NCBI GenBank assembly: GCA_963815675.1
Contig: CAWFHP010000009.1
Location: 248,235-312,234 of the forward strand
DNA length: 64,000 nucleotides
Direction of reading: 5' to 3'
DNA from: an uncultured Acidobacteriota bacterium
GTDB lineage: Bacteria > Acidobacteriota > Vicinamibacteria > Marinacidobacterales > SMYC01
The notes under the pieces are model-generated. The model was not told where the DNA came from. It saw nothing but the letters and a program-made list of their open reading frames with translations, and did no database searches. The translations under genes and the position numbers were made by a program. Of this stretch, positions 10,511 through 21,016 are shown in pieces. Within the stretch, counting starts at the first letter, position 1; each line of letters opens with the position of its first letter.

Positions 10511-10895
10511 CAATCCCGAATCTCGAGACGGAGGAGACCGGTGCGGCCTCCTCGCCCGTCGGCACAAACCGCCGCCGTCTCCGCGAGCGCGACGGGGTCT
10601 TCGAGCGGACGGCGATCCGCGAGGCGGTAACGCGCCACGGCCGGTACCGGGCTGGGGCGTCTCCCACGGTGTCCCGTCGCTCCCGCCGAGATTTCGCAGT
10701 TCTCGAGCTATTGGGTCCCCGCCAACCCCTCGGACCTGCTTAGAACCGCCTATCCGTCCCCGAGCCCCGCTAAGTACTCTCCAAAAGGGAGTTCCTGAAT
10801 CATCACGCCATCACAAAAACCGAAGGCAAACATCAGTTCTCCATCACGACCCGTTCGGGCTTACTTCCTAGGTTCCTCCTTGAAGGGAGGAAACC

Positions 10896-11750
10896 ATGAA
10901 ACGCTTGGTTGCCACCGCGGTCCTCAGCCTCGTTTCGGCCTCTCCTCTGACCGCCGAAGAAATCTCCTTCCGTTTAGCCCAGCAGCACTTCGTCATCGTG
11001 CCCGTTCACGTCAACGGGCAAGGCTCCTACGAGTTCCTGCTCGACACGGGAAGCACGACGTCGCTCGTCAATCGGGAGCTGGCGGAAGAGCTCGGCCTGA
11101 AGGCGCTCGGCGAGACCGCCATCAGGACGGCCACCGGCACCGAGCGCGTTGCGATCGCTCGGGTCGATCGCATCGAGCTCGGCTCCCAAACGGCGCAAAC
11201 GGTCCTGGTCGTCTCATCCCGTCTCGCGGGCATCCGTTCGGTCGATGACCAGGATCCGCGGCGTGCTCGGGTTTAACTTCCTCTCCCGCTTCCGCTACCT
11301 CCTCGACTACGAGGGCCGTCGCTTGGTGTTCGACGACAATCTAGCGGTAGAGGTAGAGGGCTCCCGAATCCCGTTCGACGCAAGCCGGAGCTCCATTGTC
11401 TTGGAAGCCGGCGGCGTCCGGTGGCTTCTGGACACGGGCGCGACGGGTGTGTTCCTGTTCGATTCCGACGTCCTCGACGTCCAAATGAGCCCGCGCGACG
11501 TCAGGACCGTTTCCACGAACGACGGCCGCAGAATCGCGGAATCGGGCTGGAATCCGCCAGGTCGACATCGGCGATGCTTCGTTCCATCGGCTAGCGGCGA
11601 CGCTTGCCCCACAGACGGGGCTGGAAGGCCGAGCGGATGGGCTTCTTCCAGGCACGCTCTTTGCCGCGATCTATTTTGACCACGGGCGAAACGTCATCGT
11701 TTTCAACCCACGCCTGGCCACTGGGTCTTATCCCCCTTGAAGCGTTTCGG
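10896..11750 (+). CDS. retropepsin-like (clan AA) aspartic protease with two tandem DTG domains, signal peptide; two apparent frameshifts (~11250, ~11550)
   Basis: Strong SD GGGAGG 6 nt before the ATG. Signal MKRLVATAVLSLVSASPLTA. First domain VHVNGQGSYEFLLDTGSTTSLV. Second domain VLEAGGVRWLLDTGATGVFLF in frame of 11149..11679. Family-typical C-terminus ...AAIYFDHGRNVIVFNPR ends at 11750 in a third frame. Confidence 0.6.
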
Positions 11751-11858
11751 AGTGAAGGCCGCCCCTTTCGCAACTATCTGATATCGAGTAGATTGTCCAT
11801 CTGAATCGACTGGCCCGCTTCTTGCCTCACCGTAGTCCCTTCATAGGAGCCGGGCCAG

Positions 11859-12923
11859 GTGACGATCAGGCATCGCGCGAAACCTGCCCTGCTGGCTCTG
11901 TCGTTTGTGGTTCTCACACACCCGCTCGACCTCGCCCAAACGCCGGGTGCCGGTAGCATCGACGGACGCGTTGTGGACGCGACAGGTGCTGCACTCTCCC
12001 AGGCGCGGGTCTCCGTGCTCCACCGCGGCACCGGCCTCGAGCGAAGTCTCGTCACGACGTCCAGCGGGCTCGTTCGGTTTCCTCTTCTTCCGGTGGGGCG
12101 CTATGCGCTGGAAGTATCGCTCGAGGGGGTTCGAGACGCTCCAAAGAAAGGACGTCCTCGTCTCCGTTCCCAGCGAAACCCCAACCGAAACCTGGGTCCT
12201 CCCTTCCGACTACGACGCAAACGGTCGAGGCCTGTACGACGCGCAGGACCGTTTGGACCCTCGCTACGGCGACTTCCAGGTGGAGGAATCGACGGCAAGA
12301 CGGCGCTACACGGCGCTCATCCTCTCGGCGAGACGGCGCTTCAAAAACCGCGTTCAGTTCGAGGCCTACTACACGCTCTCCGAGAACAGGACGGACGACG
12401 ACAACGAGAGAAGCGCGGGCGGGCCTCAAACAGTCAGCCGGAAAACCTCGACGCCGATTGGGCCTTCAGCTTCCTCGACGTTCGCGATCGACTCGTGGCC
12501 AACGGAGTCTTCGAGCTTCCCGGTGGCTTCAGTCTGGGAGCTCTTCTCGCCACGAACACGGGTCGCCCGTTCAACACCCTCATCGGCTCCGACGACAATG
12601 GGGATGGGAACGCCAACGACCGGGCCGTCGTGGATGATTCCAACCGCCAGAAGGTCCTCGACATGGGACTGGATCTCCCGGAGGGCCTCCAGCCGCGCAA
12701 CTCCGGCCGGCAGCCGGGCGTCTTCAACCTCGATCTGCGCGTCGCCAAGAACGTCGAGTTCGGAAAGAAGGGACGAATGGAGCTCATGGTCGAAGTCTTC
12801 AACGTCTTCAACAACGCCAACCGCTTCACCACGAGCAACGTGATCGGCTCGCCCAGCTTCGGGCGCCTTGACTCGGTGGGCACCCCTCGGCAGGTCCAGC
12901 TCGGGGCGCGCTATCGCTGGTAG
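11859..12923 (+). pseudogene. degraded TonB-dependent receptor-like gene (CarbopepD_reg N-terminus + beta-barrel C-terminus, internally deleted and frameshifted)
   Basis: N-terminus has a signal plus a carboxypeptidase-regulatory-like domain (GSIDGRVVDATGAALSQARVSVLHRGTGLERSLVTTSSGLVRFPLLPVGRYALEVSLEG). The C-terminus has barrel strands ending ...QVQLGARYRW. The middle switches to frame of ORF 11905..12843 (RYTALILSARRRFKNRVQFEAYYTLSEN). It is only about 350 codons, versus about 1000 for intact members. Confidence 0.5.
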
Positions 12924-15068
12924 TCCTGAGGAAGCTCGAGCATCCAGAGGTCGCCGGTCATCTCCGCGTACTCGTAGACAATCTGATCCCCCAGGGGTGA
13001 CCACGTGGGATAGCGGACGAAGGTATTCAAGGTCGTGTAATCGGTGAGCTGACACTCGCTCTTGTCGGTCCGCGAGACCCACCGCAGGTTCCAGACGTCG
13101 TCTCGCAGCGACGCGAACGCAATCTTGTCGCCGTCCGGCGACCAGGCTCCGGTAAAGTTCAGCCCCGGGGCGCTCGTCAATTGAACCGGGGTGCCCCCTT
13201 CCGCCGGGATGACGCCAATCTCAACGTCAAGGCCACGCTTCACCTCGAACGCGATGAGCTCGCCGTCGGGGGACCAATTGGGATACGCCATCATCTCGTC
13301 GTCGAAGGTGAGCTGGCGCTCCTCGCCGTCTTTAGTCGTGTTTGCCAGCCAGACATTGTCGATTCCTCCGTTCTTCCTCGATTGGAACGCGACTCTGGTC
13401 AGGTCGGGGGAAAGCGCTGCCCATACCCAGTGGGAAGCGAAGGAATGCAGGAACGCGACCTCGCGGGAGTCGACGTCGATGGTCCAGTAGCCTCCCCGCC
13501 CCTCGCGACGGGAGAAGAAAATCACGCGTTGGCCGTCCGAGCTCCACCGAGAGACCCGATCGGGGCCCGGGTGGGTCGTGAGTCGCCGCGCGTTCGCGCC
13601 GTCGTCATCGATGAGCCACACGTCGTGAGCCGCCCCGGTGACGGCTCGGTCGAAGGCGATCGTGCGGCCATCGGGAGAGAACTGCGGGAAGTAGTTTCGC
13701 GCGTTCGTGTAGTGCGTCAGCTGCCGGGGCGGCTCGGTAGGCTCGTGCGTCTCCCTCGAAAGGGAGACCGAGGCGAAATTGCTCGACATGACCACGCTCG
13801 CATAGACGAGTGTTTTTCCATCGCCGGAGAAGCTGGGATAGCGTATCGCCGGCGATGGGGAAACTCTCTTTATCACCAGTCGTGGCTCGGAGCCGTCGAC
13901 CGTCAGGCTCACAAGGCTCACGTTCCACAGCCCGTAGAAGCCGTCTCCGTCGCCCGTGAAGTACAGCTCGTCTCCCGATGGAGCGTAGACGACATCGTAG
14001 AGTCTTTGCGCAAACCCTGACTCCCGGGAGAAACCGGCGTTCGGCACTTGCTCGAGCTCACCCTCGAGCGAGACGGTCCAGAGCTTCGAGAGGTTGTGGT
14101 CGGAGGCCACAAAGGCGATGCGGTCCCCCTTGGGGGACCAGGCTGGGTCGCCGTGACCGCCGGGTGGGTTGTCGACCGTGGTGAGCGGGTGCGGCGGTCC
14201 GCCGTCGAGGGGACAAATCCAGAGGGTGGAAGGCGGAAGGGTTATGGAGTTGCTCCCGAGATCTTCCAATGGCTCGGACTGGAACGCGATCCGCTGGCCG
14301 TCCGGGGACCAGGTCGGTCGACTTCCGAAGTCGGTCAGCTTTCGAGGAGACCCGCCAAAGGCCGGCACCGTCCAGATTCCACCGCGATCCTTCGAGTAGT
14401 AGGCGATGACGTCTCCCGCGGGAGACCAGGCTGGCTGGAAGTTCTGAGGATCCGTCCGAGGTGAGCTGTATCTCGCCTCCGGCGGGGGTGAGCTGTTGCA
14501 CGTAAATCTCGAAGCTCCCGCTGCGGTTCGAGCTGTAGGCCACGGCGTTTCCGTCCGGAGACATCGAGGGGAAGATATCCAAAGCGGTCGAGCTCGTCAG
14601 TTGAACGGGCCGGTCGGTCCAGGACAGGTCCTCGCTCCGGGGACGAGAGAACATCAGGACGACCGCGAGTCCGACGAGGATGACTCCGGCCGCGACCGCG
14701 ACGAGGAGCGGCTTCTTGCCACGAGCTGGATGCGCCTCCTCCTCGACGACCCGAACGCCGGCAACGAAGCGGTAGCCCCGCCGCGGAACGGTCTCGATGT
14801 ACTTCGACCCGTGGGCGTCGTCGCCCAATGCTTTGCGCAGCTGCGCCACCACCCGTGTCAGCGCGTTCTCGCTGACGAACGTCTCGCCCCACACCGCATC
14901 CAGGATTTCCTGCTTGTCTAGGAGCTCTCCCCGGTGCTGGATGAAATAGACGAGAAGATCGAAGGCTTTGGGCTCGAGGAGCACCGGTGCACCGGCTCGC
15001 AGGACGAGCTCGGACGCTCCATCGACCCGAACGTCACCGAACTCGTACGTGGCTGGCAGGCTTGGCAT
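12911..15068 (-). CDS. CadC-like transcriptional regulator: OmpR/PhoB-type winged-helix DNA-binding domain + TM helix + TolB-like (PD40/WD40) beta-propeller; apparent frameshift near 14400
   Basis: ORF 14058..15068 has a wHTH (LLEPKAFDLLVYFIQHRGELLDKQEILDAVWG...RRGYRF), then TM LLVAVAAGVILVGLAVVLMF. ORF 12911..14368 continues with repeated ...SPDG..IAF... propeller blades. Confidence 0.7.
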
Positions 15069-15288
15069 CGAGCTCCGCTAACCCGGAAGTGCTCCGGCGA
15101 TTCTACCCTGCTGGTACAGGCGTCGTCGGTTTCAAACAGACAGCTCGGTTCAGAAGGGCTCTTTGCCGCCTGCCACACCGCTTGGACTTTTTCATCCGCA
15201 CACTACGCATAGCGTATGCAATCGGAAAGAGGATGTTTGTCCTGAGGGTAAAAGGCAACCCTTTGCATGGTGCTAGGATTGTAACCTC

Positions 15289-16620
15289 ATGTCGAGCGAG
15301 TTCGAAGCGCACGGGTGGACGGGGGAGCGAGGCCTTCCCACGCTTTACCTCGACGACGTGTCTGCGATCCCTTTTCTCGTCAATATCGCTGGTGTCGAGG
15401 CTTACCAACATCGGGCGCGCACTCGGGCGGGGGATGGGGATCTCTTCGCCGCCGTGACCCCGCTCACGGAAGGCTACGAGGAGTACTGCCGGGAGACTCT
15501 GGGACTCGGACATCCGGAGCTCGTCCTCGCCGATCCGGTGGGTAAACCCATCGAGGTGGCGCGAGCCTGCGCCACTGGCAAGGCCTACGAAAGGATCGCG
15601 GCTTGGGCTAGAAACGCGGGTCACGTGCTCCTACACCCCTACATGAGCATCGAGCCCGTATGGGAGCTCGCGGTTCGCGTGGCGCGCGACGCCGGGGCGA
15701 CCGTGCGCGTCATCGGGCCCCCGCCGCCCGTGACCTGGATTGCGAACGACAAAAAACGCTTCACCGAGCTCGTTCGAAGCGTCCTCGGGCGAGAGTGGAT
15801 TGGACCCACGCTCGTCGGAAGCTCTGCCGAGGGCATCGCTTCCAACCTTGCGAAGCTCGCCACGGAGCACAACCGGGTCGGTCTGAAACGTACCTGCTGC
15901 GCTTCGGCGATGGGCAATCAGGTCTTCGACTCGAGCGACTTGCGCGCGCGTGCCCAGCAGGACGTCGTTCAAACCGTTCAAGACTTCCTCAATCGCACCG
16001 AGTGGGACGGAAGGGAAGAAGTCCTCGCCGTCAGCTGGGAAGAGACGGATCGATCGCCGTCGACACAAACGTGGATCCCGCCGAGAGGTCAAGGCTCTCC
16101 CATCGTCGAGGGGATCTACGAACAGATTCTGGAAGGCAAGGAGAAAATCTTCGTGGGGAGCCGACCCTCTGGCCTCGGCTCCGCGATCGAGGAGCGCCTT
16201 TCGACGGCGAGTCTCCGCGTGGCCGAAGCACTCCAGGAGTTGGGTTATGTCGGGCGCTGTTCTTTCGACTTCATCGTCCTCGACGACGACGTCATTCGGT
16301 TCACGGAGTGCAACGGACGTTGGGGTGGAACGAGCATTCCCATGTCGCTTCTCGATCGGCTCTTGTCCGGACCGAGGCCTCCGTATCGCGCCCAGGATTT
16401 CGTGCACGGGAAGCTGGTCGGGGCAAGGTTCACCGAGCTTCTTCGATGCGTCGATGACGAGCCATACGATGCGACTGCGCGCAGGGGTCGATTCATCTTC
16501 TACAACGTCGGTCCGCTCGAGCGATCGGGCAAGCTCGACGTGATTGCGCTCGCGACGCGCCAGGAAGAAGCGGAGCGTGCGTTGACGGAGGGGTTGCCGA
16601 AGTTGTTGGGGCTGTCTTAG
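15289..16620 (+). CDS. ATP-grasp fold protein of unknown specificity
   Basis: 443 aa. ATP-grasp-like elements are WIANDKKRFTELV, VGLKRTCCASAMGNQVF and FTECNGRWGGTS (compare VIEVNPRPGG). There is no closer match from sequence alone. Confidence 0.5.
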   Translation: MSSEFEAHGWTGERGLPTLYLDDVSAIPFLVNIAGVEAYQHRARTRAGDGDLFAAVTPLTEGYEEYCRETLGLGHPELVLADPVGKPIEVARACATGKAYERIAAWARNAGHVLLHPYMSIEPVWELAVRVARDAGATVRVIGPPPPVTWIANDKKRFTELVRSVLGREWIGPTLVGSSAEGIASNLAKLATEHNRVGLKRTCCASAMGNQVFDSSDLRARAQQDVVQTVQDFLNRTEWDGREEVLAVSWEETDRSPSTQTWIPPRGQGSPIVEGIYEQILEGKEKIFVGSRPSGLGSAIEERLSTASLRVAEALQELGYVGRCSFDFIVLDDDVIRFTECNGRWGGTSIPMSLLDRLLSGPRPPYRAQDFVHGKLVGARFTELLRCVDDEPYDATARRGRFIFYNVGPLERSGKLDVIALATRQEEAERALTEGLPKLLGLS

Positions 16621-16959
16621 AACGTCTCCTGCGGGAGAGGGACTTTCCAGGTGCGTCAAACGCCAATACTGTGGCGTTCTTCGTCTCACCCGCACGGGGT
16701 TCAGACCTTGATTTCGGCCCGCGCTCCCTCACCCACCCGCCTTCGGCGTGCGACCTCTCCCGCCGGGAGGGGAGAGGCTGAACCCCAGCGTGCGCCGGTC
16801 GATCTCGCCCCGGTACCCTCGCCTTCCGGGCGGCGCGGCAGCTGATTCCGCCGCGGGCACGAACTGCGCAACCAGGCCTCCGCACGAGCGCTCAGAGCTA
16901 CGGGCGGCCGGCGCCCGACGGTCGCATCCGGGCGAAAGCGGCCGCCGATACCATACAAA

Positions 16960-17252
16960 GCGCGAGACGGGCGTGCACCTGATCGTCGGTCCGTTCTTCG
17001 TGGCGCACGAGCTGCGCGAGTCGTTCGGCGACCGGCTGCACGCGATGGTCGCGCGCCACCGTCGCAGCGAGGAGCGCGGCAAGAGGCGCGCCTGCGCCGC
17101 CGCGCCGAGCGCTACGAGATTCCCACCGTCGCCGCCTCCGAGGTGCTGTACCACAGGCGCGAGCGGCGCGACCTGCAGGACGTTCGACCCGATCCGTCGG
17201 GGGTGCTGTTCGAGCGCTTCCTCTCGCGCGAGCGCTCGGCGTCGACGGCGTG
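16960..17252 (+). pseudogene. fragment of an error-prone DNA polymerase DnaE2 (PHP-domain region), frameshifted remnant
   Basis: + strand frames read ...GDRLHAMVARHRRSEERGKRRA... then ARLRRRAERYEIPTVAASEVLYHRRERRDLQDV..., matching the DnaE2 N-terminal region (compare ...LARRHGLPLVATGDVHMHVRSRKPLQDV). About 95 codons only, with no start and no downstream polymerase core. Confidence 0.35.
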
Positions 17253-17654
17253 AGGCATGCCGTTGCTGACGCACAGCACACGCACGCGGGCCACCTGACG
17301 AGGCGCCCGGCTTTGATTCGAAGTAATGCTCCGACATCGACATCGGACTCGGGCCATCAATATAGCTATCTGAGATCGCGACGGTTTCCATTCGAGGTCC
17401 TGAAGGCGACGACGGAAGAGGTGGGGAAGGCGAACGCCGGGGCGCTCCAGACAGGCTTGGGGTCCGGGGGGTCGGCGACGGTCTCTTTCAGGATCGTGTC
17501 GGGGTCGATGTGCTCCGCCTCATCCTCGAGGTTCAGCAGGATGCGGTGACGCCTCGCGGAAGGCCGATCCTGCGCGGCGGCGGTAGTAGCGAACGAACGC
17601 GAGCTGAGCCGCCTTCAGGGCGGTACTCGATGACGGATCTCGTCTTGCTCCGTC

Positions 17655-18070
17655 ATGGGGAGCCTTGCTCCATCCCTCGGAGCCGTCGCCTGCCCGCCGG
17701 CCGTCTACCGACGAAGGAGACCGCGCGCCACCTCGCTCTATCAGCTCCTCGAGACCTACTATGGGCGCCTCAAAGGCCTATGGGAGGAGCGTTTCGAGCG
17801 ACGCTTCGGCTTCTGGCGGGGCTTCTACGACACCGCCGTCCTGAGGTATCTCGACTGCGGGCTCTTCGAGTCGGGCTTCGCCCGCGCCGTTTGTCCGAAG
17901 TGTCGTTTCGAGTTCCTCGTCGCCTTCTCCTGTAAAGGCCGGGGACTCTGCCCGTCGTGTGGGGCGAATCGAGCCGCCATCTTCTCCTCACTACTCCACG
18001 AAAGGATTCTCGCCGACGTCCCGCACGCCCAGTGGGTTTTTGCTTTACCCAAGATGCTTCCCTGCGTAGG
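17655..18070 (+). mobile_element. N-terminal fragment of an IS91-family (Y2 HUH) transposase: zinc-binding domain plus first residues of the catalytic domain, truncated
   Basis: YQLLETYYGRLKGLWEERFERRFGFWRGFYDTAVLRYLDCGLFESGFARAVCPKCRFEFLVAFSCKGRGLCPSCGANRAAIFSSLLHERILADVPHAQWVFALPKML matches the IS91 TnpA N-terminus (CxxC...LVAFSCKGRGFCPSCGGRR...VPxRQWVxxLP). Similarity ends after about 120 codons. Confidence 0.6.
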
Positions 18071-18369
18071 ACAGCGCCCGTCCCAGGTCTCGTTCTCGAA
18101 TCGCGCGCCGGAAACCCTTGAGCTTGAGCTCGAGCTCGTGCAGGAGAGCTTCATAGTCAAGCGAGGAAGGAGGTTTTCTTGGCACCGCCCGTCTCCAGAC
18201 GAGACCGAATGGGCCGCAATCTACACTCGAATCGGATGGCGTGCCACCCGCGGGCATTTCCGTCGTGCGTCGACTCTCCTCGAAGGAGAAAAGATCCGGG
18301 GAGTCCGCAGAACCGGGGCGGAAGGACAAATCAAGGGCGCGGGACTCCCGCTCGGTTAGAACCCCGAAC

Positions 18370-20321
18370 TCAGCGCTTCAGTGCCGACGTAAGGCTTCGA
18401 GCGAGGGCCTCCAGGAGGAAGGGCTTCTTCAGAAAGGCCGCCTCCACCCGATCCACGGGCCGCCTCTGCGGTTGGTGAGCATCGTAGCCGCTCACGAGGA
18501 TCACGCTCGGCGGGTGAGGCAGGGTGCGGATGAGAGCGAGCGTGTCCTCACCGCTCAGGCCCGGCATCGTCATGTCCAGGAGCACGACATCGAATGCCTC
18601 GGGCTCCGACGACAGCACGGCGAGCGCCTCGTCGCCGTTGGTCGCGGTCGAGGCCGCGAGCCCCAGCTGTTCGATCATCTCGACCGTGACCCGGCGGACA
18701 GTCTCCTCGTCGTCCACCACCAACACTCTGGTGCCGGGAGCGAACGACTCCACCGATTCCCCCGGTCCGGTCCCCGCCGCCGCCGGTTGGGGTTTCACCT
18801 CGACCGCCGGAACGGCGAGGAGCAGTACCCGGACCCGGGTTCCCCGGCCCGGAGCGCTCTCCACTTCGATTCGAGCCTCCGTGCCCGCGAATGATGCCCT
18901 GGACCGCCGCGAGTCCGAGGCCGTGCCCCGAAAACTTCGTGGTGAAGAACGGATCGAAAATACGCGCGCGGGTCTCATCGTCCATGCCGCAGCCGTCGTC
19001 GGTGACTTCGATGGCGGCATACGCAGCCGGCCCGGCGCTTGCCTCCCGTACCGACTCGACTTGCCGGGTCCGGAGGGAGACCGTGCCGCCACGCTCGTCG
19101 ATGGCGTCCGAAGCGTTGGTGATCAGATTCATCACGACCTGCTGGATCTGGGCGGCGTCGCCTTTGGCGGTAGGGCGTCCCGGGTCCAGGTCGATGTCGA
19201 GCGAGACGTTCTTCGAAATGCTGATTCGCAGGAGTCCGGCCATCTCTTCGATGAGCTCGTTCAGGGGAATCGGCTCGACGACGAACCGACCGCGTCCGGA
19301 ATAGGCCAGCAGCTGGTTCGTCAGATTCCGACGCCCGCTGAGCGCTCAGCCGCAGTCGTTCGAGAAAGGTGCGCAGCCGGCCCTCCTCCGGCACCTCGTG
19401 GAGTGCGAGCTCCGCATTGCCGAGGATGCCGACGAGGAGATTGTTGAAGTCGTGCGCCACGCCGCCGGCGAGAAGCGCGAGCCCCTCCATCTTCTGCGCC
19501 TCGCGGAGGCGCTCCTCGAGCTGACGATGCGTCGTGATCTCCATCGCGGTGCCGATGGTCCCCACGATGGTGCCGTCGGCGTCCCGGAGCGGATCGAGAG
19601 AGCAGGTGAACCGGTATCTCCCGAAGCTCGTCTCGTAACGCTGCGGTTCTCCCTCAAGCGCACGTCTGTGGCGAGGAAGGTCTTCGTGATCTCCCAGGTA
19701 CTCGGAGACGGTCAACCCCACCACTTGATCGGGAGCGAGCCCGAGAATCGCGAGACCCTTTCCCTGGGACGAAGTGAAACGAAGCTCACGGTCCGTCGAC
19801 CAGACGATGGCGGGCACCTGTTCGTAGACGACGCGCAACTGGGAGTTGCTCCGGGCGAGCTCGTCCCGGCTCTCGCGAAGGCGCTGCTCGGCGTCCCGAT
19901 GAGAGGTGACGTCGGTCGCGAAGACGATGAAGCTCGACCCGCGCCCGTACGGGTCGCCGATGCCGTGGACGTGCAACGACGCCGCAATAACGCTCCCGTC
20001 CCTGCGGTGTAGACGCACATCGGCTCCGGACGCCGCGCCCCCGGCAGCCCGGGCAAAGAGCTCCTGGCAGTCGCCGGGATCGACGATGACGTCCCGGTTC
20101 GCGTTGAGGGTGAGCATCTCCTCGGCCGAGTCGTAACCGAGCAGCCCGACGAAAGCTCGGTTCACGAACAGGTAGCACCCGTCGATGGTGATCAGGAACA
20201 CGCCGAAAGGTGCGGCGTCGAAGAGGATCTTCAAGTCGGGGGCGCTGAAACCGGCTTCGAGCGACCCCGTCGGCCCGAGAGACGGAGTCGGCGAGACCGC
20301 GGGATGGTCCGCGGAACCCAT
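18370..20321 (-). CDS. hybrid sensor histidine kinase (PAS-PAS-HisKA-HATPase_c-REC); two apparent frameshifts (~19300, ~18600)
   Basis: ORF 18975..20321 has two PAS domains and H-box GGVAHDFNNLL. ORF 18548..19243 has HATPase_c (DAAQIQQVVMNLITNASDA...GHGLGLAAVQGI). ORF 18370..19092 has the HATPase end plus a receiver (VLVVDDEETVRRV...VLLDMTMPGLSG). Confidence 0.75.
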
Positions 20322-21016
20322 ACGCGATTATCGCACGCGGCCGGCCGGCTGCCGAACGCTGCCGCCGGGATCCCCTCCGCGTTATGGGAACGCCCGCCGC
20401 CGACGTATCCTCTCTTTCGTGGTCGGACAGTCCGACGTTACGGCGAGGTCCCGGTCCATGAGCGCGCGCCGCCGTGGCGCCTGCGGCACCGGCCGCGGGC
20501 TCGGCCTCGGCCTCGGGCTTTGGCTTGGAATCGCGTTCGCTGTCAGCAAACCTCCTTCTGCCGTCCGTCGCTTCCGGGCAGCCGGCCGATGCCGTCTTCA
20601 CCGGATCGATTGTGACGTTGAATCCAGCGGGACGACCCTGGAGGAAGCCAAGCAAAAGGCGACACGATACATGATCAACTACTTGGTGGAGGTCAGAGGG
20701 CTCTCGCCTGAAGATACATGCTGTTCTCAGTGGCAGGCGACCTCGAAATCGTTGAGGCCGTCGACAAACCCAACATGCTGGTCGTCATGCGTATGCCCAA
20801 TAACGTTTTCACCGGCTCTTGATGACATGCAATGGAGAGTGATATCCAACACTTATAAGGCTTCCTCGTGTCAAGAGGGCAGTAAGATCGCTGGAGTCAC
20901 AGGACCTTCGGTTATCTCGGATCCCTACCCGCTCGTGGCCACGATCACTCGCATCGTCCGCGGCCTCTCCGCCGACCAGCCGGTGGAGCGCGCGGCGACG
21001 CTCGGAGTGAACCCAC

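Noticed and set aside
16735-16760. GC-rich perfect hairpin cctctccc-gccgggag-gggagagg downstream of the ATP-grasp gene as a terminator
   Set aside because: No following U-tract. In 70% GC DNA such palindromes are frequent. It is noted but not called.
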